Virus record (IMG/VR): IMGVR_UViG_3300029258_001571
Coordinates: 1-51,719 of that record
DNA from: a virus
Taxonomy: Duplodnaviria > Caudoviricetes
Direction: 5' to 3' (one strand)
DNA length: 51,719 nucleotides
Shown here: positions 34,258 through 44,416 of the stretch, one piece after another
How the letters are laid out: the number at the start of each line of letters is the position of its first letter
How positions within the stretch are numbered: position 1 is the stretch's first letter
Program-made: the position numbers and the translations under genes
Notes under the pieces: model-generated
Told to the model about the DNA's origin: nothing
The model's input: the letters and a program-made list of their open reading frames with translations, nothing else
Databases searched by the model: none

Positions 34258-34473
34258 ATGGCTACTGAGATCAAAGTTCCTTGTGAACAATGTGGAGGTA
34301 GTGGATCCGTGACCACTTGGGTTAATGACCAGGAAAGCGGATCAATCTCGTGTCCATCGTGTAGCGGCACTGGAAAGCGGATTACTAGCGTAGTAGACTT
34401 GTCCGATATCGACGATAAACTCGATGACATTATGGACAGGTTAAATGATATATTTGAGCAGCTTTCCGAATAG
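34258..34473 (+). CDS. DnaJ-type zinc-finger small protein
   Basis: CEQCGGSG...CPSCSGTG plus acidic heptads. Confidence 0.7.
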   Translation: MATEIKVPCEQCGGSGSVTTWVNDQESGSISCPSCSGTGKRITSVVDLSDIDDKLDDIMDRLNDIFEQLSE

Positions 34474-34488
34474 CACGCAAAGCAACTT

Positions 34489-34520
34489 GAGGGGGAGATG
34501 CAAGCCTCCCCCTCCATTTT
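34489..34520 (+). terminator. putative intrinsic terminator after the head genes
   Basis: GAGGGGGAG-8nt-CTCCCCCTC then CATTTT. Confidence 0.55.
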
Positions 34521-34524
34521 CATT

Positions 34525-34950
34525 ATGACTGAATGGTATCATAAATCGGACTCTTGGATTGGAGTCCACAAATCAAGACCAAGTTTGTGTCTCGCCTGCA
34601 ACACCCGAGGGGTGAGAACGGAGATGCAACCCTACCTATTTAAGCCTCTACGCTTTTACCTGCCAGACGGCAAGCCGGGCCATGCTGTAGATATATGGTA
34701 CTGGTGCCCTAAATGCGGGATGACACAGGTCTACGGAGTTGCCATATCTCCAAAGCATTTCTGGAGGATCTGTGAGAAAACTTCTAACTTTTTTGCGAAG
34801 GGTATTATTCAAGACACCAGGGAAGACCTATCTTTTGTCCCCGGAGAAACGGACCCCCATGTGGAACAGGAATTACAACGCATGGGGCCACGAGCCGGGA
34901 TGGGATCTGATCTGCCCGGAATGCCTGCTCCACAACCGGGGCAGGAATAG
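34525..34950 (+). CDS. CxxC/CxxC protein
   Basis: CLAC...WCPKCG. Confidence 0.55.
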   Translation: MTEWYHKSDSWIGVHKSRPSLCLACNTRGVRTEMQPYLFKPLRFYLPDGKPGHAVDIWYWCPKCGMTQVYGVAISPKHFWRICEKTSNFFAKGIIQDTREDLSFVPGETDPHVEQELQRMGPRAGMGSDLPGMPAPQPGQE

Positions 34951-35251
34951 ACTTGTCCTTCGCCTATCTTTTATCGTAGAGAACCCAAAAGAAGCCACGG
35001 GTACCGTGGATGAAACACACAGCTTCCATCAGCAAGCATGGAAGTGCCCTATCTGTGCGTATTACGTGCGCTTTAACATCGTGTCTACACGCAGCTACCT
35101 GAAGAAGGTGATGAAGCTGAGGGACGGTCAGCGACAGCTTGTGCCGGACAAGGATGATTGGGCAAGGGATAACCCTAAGATCAGAAAACAACTAGCCGCA
35201 CTTGGCTACATAGCCGGTGGGATAGAGGATACATATACGGAGGAAGAATAA
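34859..35251 (+). CDS. CxxC/CxxC protein, possible paralogue of the preceding gene
   Basis: CPEC...WKCPICA. Confidence 0.55.
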   Translation: MWNRNYNAWGHEPGWDLICPECLLHNRGRNRLVLRLSFIVENPKEATGTVDETHSFHQQAWKCPICAYYVRFNIVSTRSYLKKVMKLRDGQRQLVPDKDDWARDNPKIRKQLAALGYIAGGIEDTYTEEE

Positions 35252-35640
35252 TGGTTACATTTACCGAGAAGTTTTTGGCTACGGACACTTCTGTGGCAAA
35301 GACTGCAACAGAGACAGACGGTACGGACTTCACTTCCAAGCAAATTAATACTAAGCATGCCCATCTAGGGTCTATCACCTGCTATGTGAAGGGAGCCAAT
35401 GCCGGATCCAGCGGAGATGTTACATTCAAGTTTGCAACATACGATGTTCTGAGAGAGATGTGGGACACTATTTATTATGTTCAGGTCGTATGTGCACTAA
35501 ATGGAACAACTGCTGTGCAGAAGACAATCACGTTTTATCCAGACATGCAGAAGCTGAAGCTGCTTTCGATCCAGAATGAGGATACAACATATGCAGCAAC
35601 ATGCAATGCCTCCGTTACGATCAAAGAGCGTCATGCATAA
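35251..35640 (+). CDS. virion-region beta-rich protein
   Basis: GGAGG RBS, TAATG coupling. Confidence 0.6.
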   Translation: MVTFTEKFLATDTSVAKTATETDGTDFTSKQINTKHAHLGSITCYVKGANAGSSGDVTFKFATYDVLREMWDTIYYVQVVCALNGTTAVQKTITFYPDMQKLKLLSIQNEDTTYAATCNASVTIKERHA

Positions 35641-35650
35641 GGAGTAGTGA

Positions 35651-36337
35651 ATGTTCAAGAAGATACTGGGAATCTTTGGGGCTGTGCTGCTTTCAGCCAG
35701 CCTATCCTTTGGGTTAGTGCTATATCCGCAAATAAGATACCCGTTCTATATTACCCTAAATGATCTGACCGATGTTGATGTCTCCTCACCGACAGACAAT
35801 TATGTATTAACCTATAATTCTGCTACAGAGACATGGGGTGCGGAGGCTGCGGCGGGAGACGTCGACACATCTGGAACGCCGGTCGCAAATGACTTTGCAA
35901 AGTTTACAGATGCTGATACCATAGCTGGTCGTTCCTATGCGGAAACCGCTGGCGATCTTGAGGCAGAGATCGAGGCTGATATTGACACGCTGCAAAATCT
36001 TGTTGTCTTGGAATACTCAGCGGAAACGACCCAGACCCCAAGTTCGTCCTTTACAGTGGACTGGTCGGCGAATCAGGTTCAGCGGGTGACGATTACCGGA
36101 ACAAACCTTGATGTAACCTTTACCAACCCGAGCGGCCCATGCCGCCTTTATCTTGTCGTGGTGCAGGGCACAAACGCGAGTGCCGCCGACACGATTGATT
36201 GGTCGAACGAGGCGGATATTATCTGGCCGGGCAATACGGCACCCACGCTTTCCACGGGGGATGGTGATGTGGATCTCGTATGCTTCATCTACGACGGCAC
36301 CAATTACCTAGGGGTAGCAAACTACGATTTCCGATGA
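35651..36337 (+). CDS. fibre-like protein with signal-peptide-like N-terminus
   Basis: MFKKILGIFGAVLLSASLSFG; LNDLTDVD repeat motif; C-terminal WPG..APTLST...D....YDG. Confidence 0.65.
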   Translation: MFKKILGIFGAVLLSASLSFGLVLYPQIRYPFYITLNDLTDVDVSSPTDNYVLTYNSATETWGAEAAAGDVDTSGTPVANDFAKFTDADTIAGRSYAETAGDLEAEIEADIDTLQNLVVLEYSAETTQTPSSSFTVDWSANQVQRVTITGTNLDVTFTNPSGPCRLYLVVVQGTNASAADTIDWSNEADIIWPGNTAPTLSTGDGDVDLVCFIYDGTNYLGVANYDFR

Positions 36338-39300
36338 GAAAACTAACGATACTTCTATTCGCTGTGGTTCTGTGTCTTGGTTTATACGCCGAGGATCACG
36401 AAGCTGCAAGCCTGAGTTATAGCGATATAAATACTGCACTCGCTCTTTGCTCTGATGGAGATAGGCTTATTTTACCCGCGGGAGACACCACCTCGGATTG
36501 GTCGTCTATCCTTGGGGTGCCAAATGGCGTGAGCATTATAGGGCAGGGGTCAGAGTCTACGATTGTCCGCAACTCCACTGACACCTATTACATGATTTAC
36601 ATAAACTACGGTGACGATGAGGGTAGCGCAGTAGAGATCAGCGGATTCTCGATGTACGGCCCAGATTACAACGCTTCTGGTTCCGGTGCAATCAAGATTT
36701 ACCACTGTGAGAAATTGCCGGATATTGTTATCCACGATCTGCATATCGAGAGCTTTAATGGGATTGGGATAAACCTTGATTCAGATGCAGTCAGCGGCCT
36801 TATCTATAACTGCTCGTTTAAAAATATCTACCCGGCCAACCTATCGAGCACGGGTTATGGAATATGTGTTCACGGCGATAATACCTATGATGACCCCATA
36901 CCGGCGCTCGGCTCTGCTACTGCTGTGTTTGTCGAGGACTCTACTTTCGAGGCGTGCAAGCATGGCGTTGTCGGTATCCAGGGGGCACACATTGTAGTCA
37001 GGTACAACACTTTCCGCGATCCCATAAGCAATCGAGGCATAGCAGACATACACGGTTATCAGGATACGGACCCGGTTTCTCAGGACGATGGCGACCCTGA
37101 TAATATCCCCGGTAGCACATGGGAATGGTACCATAATACATTTTACGGCGATGAGGGCACAGAGGACGATGAGGGGCTTTTGCTTCGTGGCGGCACAGGC
37201 GTGGTCTGGAGTAATGTATTTTGGGATTTTGAGGGCGACGAGTTTCCCGGCACATCTACCGATCATCATGCGATCAGGGTAAACATAGATGATTTCCCCG
37301 CCGATTATCATGTGGGTGAGGTGACTCCGGCTTATTTCTGGAGTAATGCGCTGGAGGGGTCAACCCTAACGGATATAAGCGTGACGGCAGCGGCGACAAC
37401 TTATGTGGTCAAGGATACAGATTTTTACATAGGCGAAAAGAGCGGGTATTCTCCATACACATATCCGCATCCGTCTAATGGTGATAACCCCCCGCAGGCC
37501 GACTTCCCAAGTATTTATATAGACGCTGATTACGAGGGCGGCTCATCTGATTCCAATACCTATGATTCAGACCATCAGGATGCGGCTGGAGATAATGACC
37601 TTCGGCAAAAGATTGCGGCATCGACCCTGGACCAGGATGCTTCCCAGGTAAGGATAAAGATACAGGATCACTCATCTGACGATATAACCGTAACCGCTGC
37701 GTATATTGGTGAGCAGGCTTCCGCTGGCGATGATTATGACATGGAATCCGGCACTATTGTGGAGCTTACATTTGACAGTGGGGACACCGGATGCACCGTG
37801 GCCCAGGGTACGGCAAAATATTCAGACTGGGTGAATTATACTTTCGATAAAGATACGGATTACATCATAAGTTACGGTGTTTCAGATAGGGTTAGAATCG
37901 GAGACACGGCAACCGGGACCTGCTGGTACAAAGGCTCTGCTTCGGGTGATGCCGGAACCGCTAATGTTACCGGGTATTCATCCTCAACGAGTGCTTATGT
38001 GGACATTATAGAGGTACGGTATCCTGATGGGGATGGTTCTCAGGCGGCACCCTATAATGAACTCTCAGACATCAACTGGACAACTGGCGGGGATAATTCA
38101 ATATATGACTACCTTGACGGCACACCATCTGAAAGCCCGACAATCTATCTCCAGAAAGGTGATACTTGGCGGGAACAGATGACGGTTGGGTGCAGTGGCA
38201 CGGCCACGTATCCGATAGTTATTACATCGTATGGCAGCGGGAATGATCCGATTATCAATGGGGCCAGGGTTATTGAAACGTGGACACAAAATACAGAAAT
38301 TATTAATGTAGAAATGTCCTCTGATGATGACAACCATTATATCAAGGAGGGGAGCGAAGATATGATGGGCGGCACGAAACTTTATTTGGGGCCGCTTGGG
38401 GGAGATGGGCCGGTCAGTCAGTGTATGAGATTTCAGTTAAATATTTACAATGCGGCTACAATAACAACATCATATTTAACAGTTACTTCAGCCAATGATG
38501 ATAATGATGGGGCAGAGTGTACAGTTTATGCTGAAGATGTGGATAACGCATCTCAAATTACGACTTTCGCTCACTGGACGACAGCATTAGGAAGAAAAAC
38601 AACTGCTTCTGCCGCATGGGATTTGCCCGCATTGACAGAAGATTCGTCATATAATTCTCCGTCATTGAACTCTGTTATACAAGAAATAGTCAACAGAGAA
38701 AGTTGGGCATCTGGCAATTACACCAATTTGCTTTTAGATGAAGATGGAAGTTCTACGGTTCTTGTAGAGTGGTATTCACATTCGGGCACAACGGAGCCGG
38801 TACTTCATGTGGAATATAATTCTGAATATACATGGAAGGCCACCTGTGATTCAGAGCCGAACTTGGTATGGTTTGACGGAACGCTTGGAACAAATGTGGC
38901 AGATGTTGGGTCTGTAGACTCAACAGGAGATTGGTATTGGGACTCTAATGTTTTATATGTGTATTATACAGAAGACCCCGATGGTGCTGTTGTTATTGAG
39001 GCATCGTATAAAGATGTTATAAAACCAAATGAGAAGTCATATCTTACCTTTGATGGACTTCATATCAAATATGCCAATGGTTACGGGATAAAAGGAACGA
39101 CGGGAACGCTAACGCACCTAATTGTTTGCAACTGCACATTTACTGAGCCGTATTACAGGGCGATAGAGTGGGTTGGGGATAATGCAACAATTTACGATAA
39201 TACGATAGTTGGGCCGGATTTAGCCGAGTCGGTTGGTATTAAAATAAAGGGAGACGATTCAACGATTTATGGGAATACGATATCGAAATTTGAAGGAAAT

Positions 39301-40071
39301 ATTATACTTCAAACAACCGGTTCTGCTAATACAAGTGGTCATTCTGTTTATCAAAATACCATCTCAGATGCAACTGCTGCGTCTGATGGTTCTGAGGATG
39401 GTCAAGGAATCGAAGTAACCGGTGATGACTCTTATTATGTTTCTGTGGCCATTTATAAAAATTCTGTTTTTGATTGTGATGGCGGCGGTATAGCTATATA
39501 TAAAACAGACAATTGCAGTATTTATCAAAATTTAGTTTATGGCTGCGGGACAACAAAACAATCAAACGGTGGCGACCCCGAGGGCGGCATTAATGTTTGG
39601 GTTGACTGTGACGGAAATGATATTTATGGCAATGTGGTTTTCAGTTGCTATGACGGAATAGATATAACAGATGGGTCTAGCAATACGAATGTTAAAAATA
39701 ATATTATTTCCACGATAACTAAGTATGGAATAAAAGTGACAGAAGATGGTGGCGCAGTAACCGGAACATCAAATGATTATAATTGTGTCTATAATGTCAC
39801 CGATACTGCGTTTTATGGAATCTCCAAGGGTTCAAATTCAATAGAATTAGACCCCCTCATGACCAACCCTGGTGGTGACGATTTCACCCTCCAGTTCGGC
39901 TCACCTTGCATCAATAAGGGTGCACACGTTGGGCTGTTCACAGACTATGCCGGGAATGTAGTGCCGATAGGGCATTTGCCTGATATCGGGGCATACGAGC
40001 ATAAGAATGGCGGGGCAATATTTGATCCGCTGCCCAGGTTTGTTGTAGAGGTTAAGCCAGAGAAGAAATAA
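36334..40071 (+). CDS. 1245-aa multidomain beta-helix (tailspike/adhesin-like) protein
   Basis: ATGA overlap; many right-handed beta-helix rungs; C-terminal DFTLQFGSPCINKG...PDIGAYE. Confidence 0.8.
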   Translation: MRKLTILLFAVVLCLGLYAEDHEAASLSYSDINTALALCSDGDRLILPAGDTTSDWSSILGVPNGVSIIGQGSESTIVRNSTDTYYMIYINYGDDEGSAVEISGFSMYGPDYNASGSGAIKIYHCEKLPDIVIHDLHIESFNGIGINLDSDAVSGLIYNCSFKNIYPANLSSTGYGICVHGDNTYDDPIPALGSATAVFVEDSTFEACKHGVVGIQGAHIVVRYNTFRDPISNRGIADIHGYQDTDPVSQDDGDPDNIPGSTWEWYHNTFYGDEGTEDDEGLLLRGGTGVVWSNVFWDFEGDEFPGTSTDHHAIRVNIDDFPADYHVGEVTPAYFWSNALEGSTLTDISVTAAATTYVVKDTDFYIGEKSGYSPYTYPHPSNGDNPPQADFPSIYIDADYEGGSSDSNTYDSDHQDAAGDNDLRQKIAASTLDQDASQVRIKIQDHSSDDITVTAAYIGEQASAGDDYDMESGTIVELTFDSGDTGCTVAQGTAKYSDWVNYTFDKDTDYIISYGVSDRVRIGDTATGTCWYKGSASGDAGTANVTGYSSSTSAYVDIIEVRYPDGDGSQAAPYNELSDINWTTGGDNSIYDYLDGTPSESPTIYLQKGDTWREQMTVGCSGTATYPIVITSYGSGNDPIINGARVIETWTQNTEIINVEMSSDDDNHYIKEGSEDMMGGTKLYLGPLGGDGPVSQCMRFQLNIYNAATITTSYLTVTSANDDNDGAECTVYAEDVDNASQITTFAHWTTALGRKTTASAAWDLPALTEDSSYNSPSLNSVIQEIVNRESWASGNYTNLLLDEDGSSTVLVEWYSHSGTTEPVLHVEYNSEYTWKATCDSEPNLVWFDGTLGTNVADVGSVDSTGDWYWDSNVLYVYYTEDPDGAVVIEASYKDVIKPNEKSYLTFDGLHIKYANGYGIKGTTGTLTHLIVCNCTFTEPYYRAIEWVGDNATIYDNTIVGPDLAESVGIKIKGDDSTIYGNTISKFEGNIILQTTGSANTSGHSVYQNTISDATAASDGSEDGQGIEVTGDDSYYVSVAIYKNSVFDCDGGGIAIYKTDNCSIYQNLVYGCGTTKQSNGGDPEGGINVWVDCDGNDIYGNVVFSCYDGIDITDGSSNTNVKNNIISTITKYGIKVTEDGGAVTGTSNDYNCVYNVTDTAFYGISKGSNSIELDPLMTNPGGDDFTLQFGSPCINKGAHVGLFTDYAGNVVPIGHLPDIGAYEHKNGGAIFDPLPRFVVEVKPEKK

Positions 40072-40598
40072 TGCCCACTATCCATCCACGCTATCCAAAC
40101 TGGTCACCGCCCAAGGGGGAGAAGTGGCGATCATGCCGATTCTGTGGATCTTCCCCACGCAAGCTGGTCAAGCTGAAGATAGAGAGTGGCGATACAGAGC
40201 CAAGTGATGGTGACCTTGTAACCGGCGGCTCATCTTCTGCTACTGGCTATTACCTTGATGGATGTGAGCAAAACATCTCTGGAACATGGGCTGGTGGAGA
40301 CTGGGCCGGGTGGATCACGCTCTACAGCGTATCCGGTGATGTTGCCTATGAGTTTACATGGGGAGAGGCTGAGGAAACTATTAGCTGGGATACCGGTAGT
40401 GCTAAGCTATCTCAGATTGGACATGTTATTCTGGCAGATGGGACAACCTTACATCCCGAGAGCGACATGGTAAAGCGTGATGGGCATTGGTACTGCATAT
40501 GGCATTATAATTGGTATTTTCGTGGCAAAGACAGGGACGACGAAAACAAACTAACCAACATTTCCGAGTCACCAGACCGGGAAAAGGAGTGGAAGTAA
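40071..40598 (+). CDS. hypothetical protein
   Basis: TAATG coupling; CRFC and C..H. Confidence 0.6.
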   Translation: MPTIHPRYPNWSPPKGEKWRSCRFCGSSPRKLVKLKIESGDTEPSDGDLVTGGSSSATGYYLDGCEQNISGTWAGGDWAGWITLYSVSGDVAYEFTWGEAEETISWDTGSAKLSQIGHVILADGTTLHPESDMVKRDGHWYCIWHYNWYFRGKDRDDENKLTNISESPDREKEWK

Positions 40599-40933
40599 TG
40601 AGTAGTCTTGAAACCTTTGTAGAGAAATTTGATCCAGATACGGATACGGCTCTTGTTCAGCTTGATGATTTTCAGGAAAAGTCCGCCGGTGGAATCTACA
40701 TGCCAGAGAAGCATCAGGAACAGAATAGAATCGGAACAGTCTTGAAATGTGGGAGACTGTCTCCATACCTGAGGGAGTCGGGAAGAAGGCAGTATGAGCC
40801 TGGGGATCGTGTTATAGTTTCATTCTATACTGGCGTTGTACTGCATATCGTTAAGTACAACATTGGTATAGGCAAGCAGGATAGAACGCGCCTGATCAAT
40901 GTTTCGGAGATTCTTGGCAAGATAGAGGAGTAA
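40598..40933 (+). CDS. groES: co-chaperonin GroES-like
   Basis: EKSAGGIYMP mobile loop, GTVLKCG, PGDRV, SEILG. Confidence 0.8.
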   Translation: MSSLETFVEKFDPDTDTALVQLDDFQEKSAGGIYMPEKHQEQNRIGTVLKCGRLSPYLRESGRRQYEPGDRVIVSFYTGVVLHIVKYNIGIGKQDRTRLINVSEILGKIEE

Positions 40934-41635
40934 ATGGCATTCTCATTTGATGAGCTTTGTGATATTGTAAAGTGGCGATCAGGGAAGAGATCTGACCTTG
41001 AGTCAGCCACGGATTCAAGCCTCAACCTGTTTGACAAGTGGGTGAACCAGGCTGTGCTGGAGCTAGCAAGCAAGCATCGCATATTTGAGGTTAAGCTAAA
41101 CTTTGAGTTTCCAAGTCTGCTTACATATACATCAGCCACAGACATTGATGATGGAGAGTATGAGCAGGCCATCGCATCTGACTGCCTGCATGTCAAGTAT
41201 GTGTGGGATGCTACCAGTGACTATCTTCTGGAGTGGAAGAGCTTTAACAATCTGCTTCAGATCGCTGGTAGGGCTGACTCTGATTCTGAGGGGCCACCAA
41301 AATTCTGGTCAAGGTATGGGAACAGCGTGTGGGTAAGTCCTACGGTAGATGATTCCTATTCTCTCGTACAATTTTACCGCCAGCGGCCAGCGACCCTGAC
41401 ATCAGCCAGCACATCTTCTGGGCTTGGTGCTGAGTTTGATGACCTGATCATAGAGCTTGCCACCTATAAAGCATTCCACTATCTGAGAGATGAGGATGGT
41501 AGGAAAGCATGCGTAGAGGAGTTTAGACGGCTTGTCATAGATATGGCTGGTCTGTACACAGAGGAAGAGAAGGCAAGGTCGGGAAGATCCAGGGCCAAGG
41601 TAAGCGCACGCCACATGAGGGCATATAAGCGATGA
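40934..41635 (+). CDS. head-tail adaptor (T7 gp11/P22 gp4-like)
   Basis: WVNQA, GPPKFW, SPTVD.SY, LII..A pattern; position. Confidence 0.65.
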   Translation: MAFSFDELCDIVKWRSGKRSDLESATDSSLNLFDKWVNQAVLELASKHRIFEVKLNFEFPSLLTYTSATDIDDGEYEQAIASDCLHVKYVWDATSDYLLEWKSFNNLLQIAGRADSDSEGPPKFWSRYGNSVWVSPTVDDSYSLVQFYRQRPATLTSASTSSGLGAEFDDLIIELATYKAFHYLRDEDGRKACVEEFRRLVIDMAGLYTEEEKARSGRSRAKVSARHMRAYKR

Positions 41636-41895
41636 GCAATAAGCCAAAACTAAAAGTGCGTTTTACAACACGAGAATACTTTAACCCTACCCTCGCATCG
41701 CTCTATGAAACTTTGCCTCCAGAATGCGTGGAAACAGCAATTAAAGTGGTAGATTTCATCAAAAAAACATACCCTTCGACCAAAGACGTTCTCAACGGAG
41801 ACTTGATTTATGAATCGAGTTGGAATGCGGACCCGAAAACTGGAGAGAAGACGAATGTAGAGGAGTTCTTTTATGGGAATCACAACAGCGGGTGA
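41632..41895 (+). CDS. hypothetical protein
   Basis: ATGA coupling. Confidence 0.5.
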   Translation: MSNKPKLKVRFTTREYFNPTLASLYETLPPECVETAIKVVDFIKKTYPSTKDVLNGDLIYESSWNADPKTGEKTNVEEFFYGNHNSG

Positions 41896-42247
41896 AAGTG
41901 CAGTTGCCAAAATGATCGTTGGGTCTGCATCGGTGGCAGCATTTGACTATCTGGCCCTTGGGGATTCGAACACAGCGTTCGCCGATACACAGACAGCACT
42001 GCAGTCAGAGATTACCGGGAATGGATTGGCACGAGCGCAGGATGCCTCAACAGCAGAATCAAGCGGGACAGGGACGGTCAATTACAGCTGGACAGCCTCA
42101 GGTACAGAGACTATCCGCGAGATCGGGGTGTTCAATGCGTCTTCTGGTGGGACAATGCTGTGTCGGCAGGTGTTGACTACACCGAGGTCGATGACCAGCG
42201 GGGCAACATACGAAGCATCAGTGGACATTACAGTAACCGGGGCATAA
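41873..42247 (+). CDS. tail-fibre N-terminal-like protein
   Basis: ITTAG, YLALG...QTALQSE, IREIGVFNA...MLCR. Confidence 0.6.
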   Translation: MGITTAGESAVAKMIVGSASVAAFDYLALGDSNTAFADTQTALQSEITGNGLARAQDASTAESSGTGTVNYSWTASGTETIREIGVFNASSGGTMLCRQVLTTPRSMTSGATYEASVDITVTGA

Positions 42248-42248
42248 T

Positions 42249-43538
42249 ATGCCTTATGAGAAGTACATAGTCCGCCCTACAAGCAAGGGGCTTAGCCTTG
42301 CATCCTCAGGGCTTACGCAGCCATTCGATGCTGCTACATGGGATGCCAAGAATTTCAAGCTCATGCAGGGGCAGATCAGGAAGCGGAACGGGTATTACCT
42401 GGATAGGACTCTGCCGAACGAGCAGGTGATGGCTATTGCATATGCCTTGCTCAGCAGTACCGGCTATACTGTTATTTTCATGGAAACTGATGCGCTGGTC
42501 AGAAAGACTGGTGCCAGTGAGACGTGGCAATACATTAACGAACAGCATACCGAGGAGTCTGTCAGTGACATCTCTTCTGGTGTAGTGACTGGTAATAGCA
42601 CTGACTGGGTAGATGCCACAGATGATACAGCACCCGTTGCTGGCGACATGTTCATTATGGACAATGAGCTTACCGCGGCACAGGAGCCAAACTCAGCGTG
42701 GATTGAGATAGACTCTGTTGACAACGATACCCAGATCACGCTGGTTGATACATATGAGGATGAGACACAGACCGGAAACTATACTATAAGGAGAAAGTAC
42801 TCGGTCCCATCAAATGAAAACTGGTCATGGGCTATCGTAAAGGACAACCTGTACTTCACAAACGGCGATATAAATGTTCAGAAATGGACAGGCACAGGAG
42901 CCGCTTCAACACTTGATTCTACGGATGCCACCAAGGCGAGATACTGCATTGAATATGCAGACAGGCTTGTGTTGGCTGATCTTTTTGTTTCAGGATCTAG
43001 GCAGATGTATACTATCAAATGGTGCATATCGGGCGACCCAACCGATTGGACCGGCATAGGGAGCGGGAGTGCTGACCTGGGAGATACCAGCGACTTCATC
43101 ACTGGATTAGGTAAAGTGGGAGCCAACCTTGTTGTATACAAGCAAGACTCTGTGATCATCGGTAACCGGACTGGTGCCCCATCTGCACCCATTGCATTCA
43201 CGCGGCAGAAGAAGGGTATCGGCACTCCTGCCCCGTACAGCATAGTACACGCACATGGGACAAACTTCTTTATCGGCAGAAGTGATTTCTTCCTGATGAA
43301 TGGTGATACTCCACAGCCTATCGGTCGTGCAATCAGAGACAAGTTCTTTGATATGACTACACCTACCGAGTTGAAGAGATGTTATGGATACCACAATGCC
43401 CTGGAGAACGAGGTTCGCTGGCTGACTACTGATGAGGATGGGAAGCGGTGGATGTTTGTGTATGACTACATCTATGACGAGTGGATGGTATATGATCACG
43501 CTAAGCCGATGGCCTGCGGCGGGAAGGGAGCAAACTAG
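42249..43538 (+). CDS. tail nozzle/stabilisation protein (P22 gp10/T7 gp12-like), N-terminal part
   Basis: beta-propeller-like repeats: YADRLV, W..SGDP.DW, LVVYKQDS, GT.APYS, VYDY...W. Confidence 0.65.
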   Translation: MPYEKYIVRPTSKGLSLASSGLTQPFDAATWDAKNFKLMQGQIRKRNGYYLDRTLPNEQVMAIAYALLSSTGYTVIFMETDALVRKTGASETWQYINEQHTEESVSDISSGVVTGNSTDWVDATDDTAPVAGDMFIMDNELTAAQEPNSAWIEIDSVDNDTQITLVDTYEDETQTGNYTIRRKYSVPSNENWSWAIVKDNLYFTNGDINVQKWTGTGAASTLDSTDATKARYCIEYADRLVLADLFVSGSRQMYTIKWCISGDPTDWTGIGSGSADLGDTSDFITGLGKVGANLVVYKQDSVIIGNRTGAPSAPIAFTRQKKGIGTPAPYSIVHAHGTNFFIGRSDFFLMNGDTPQPIGRAIRDKFFDMTTPTELKRCYGYHNALENEVRWLTTDEDGKRWMFVYDYIYDEWMVYDHAKPMACGGKGAN

Positions 43539-44416
43539 TGTCTACAACTGGTGCCCCGACTACTGTAAGCGTAGCCTATAACGGTGGCCTGTCAAAGATC
43601 AACACTATTACATGGGACTGGCCGACATCTGGATGGGGATATGGATGGGAAAGCTGGAACACAGCATGCATGTACGATGTGGATTATTACACCTCATCAT
43701 GGCATGATCTGGAAACAGGCTACTATCCTACAAGCTCTGCCCAGATAGGCATTAACTATGATACTCAGTATAATTACAGGGTTCGCCTAAGGTTTTACCA
43801 AGGCCCAAGGGGTCCATGGTATGACTGGTCGGCATACAAAGAGAGCGGTGCTTATACTGTATGGGGCGATGAGCTTGCTGAGAGCATTAGTATTGCTGAG
43901 TCCGTTACGGACTCTGCCAGCTTGTCTGATAGCTTCTCAGAAAGCATATACATATCCGATGGTGCCGGTGATGCAACCATCATCATCCCTCTTGAGGATG
44001 ATTTCACGTATTACTACGGAAGCTATGACGGCAAGCTGTATGAAGAGAATTATGGCTTCGTTGGTGATTACACGTCGGCCATAGATGCTTACTATCTGAC
44101 GCCTCAGAATGACTTTTCTGAAGTAAGGCCTGAGTTTTACGGAAGGTATAAGACGGTATACATGGTGAGGTTGTGGTACGTGGATGTATACAACGGATCA
44201 AATGCCTCTATCGGTGTAAGCACAGATGGTGGATCAACATGGGAATCTACCGGAGCTTCGATTGGGAACGGCGATGGCACGGTTAAGTATCATGATTTCT
44301 ACCTGATTTCTACCGGTGCCACATTCATGTTCAAGGTGCAGAATGACACAAACACAGACAGGTTTGCTTGGATATCTATTGAGGTATTCTTTAAGCCAGC
44401 AGGGCCGGTGTTCTAA
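43538..44416 (+). CDS. Fn3-like domain plus nozzle C-terminal-like domain
   Basis: YDTQYNYRVR..GPW.DWS; GKLYE...STDGGSTW...FKV. Confidence 0.5.
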   Translation: MSTTGAPTTVSVAYNGGLSKINTITWDWPTSGWGYGWESWNTACMYDVDYYTSSWHDLETGYYPTSSAQIGINYDTQYNYRVRLRFYQGPRGPWYDWSAYKESGAYTVWGDELAESISIAESVTDSASLSDSFSESIYISDGAGDATIIIPLEDDFTYYYGSYDGKLYEENYGFVGDYTSAIDAYYLTPQNDFSEVRPEFYGRYKTVYMVRLWYVDVYNGSNASIGVSTDGGSTWESTGASIGNGDGTVKYHDFYLISTGATFMFKVQNDTNTDRFAWISIEVFFKPAGPVF

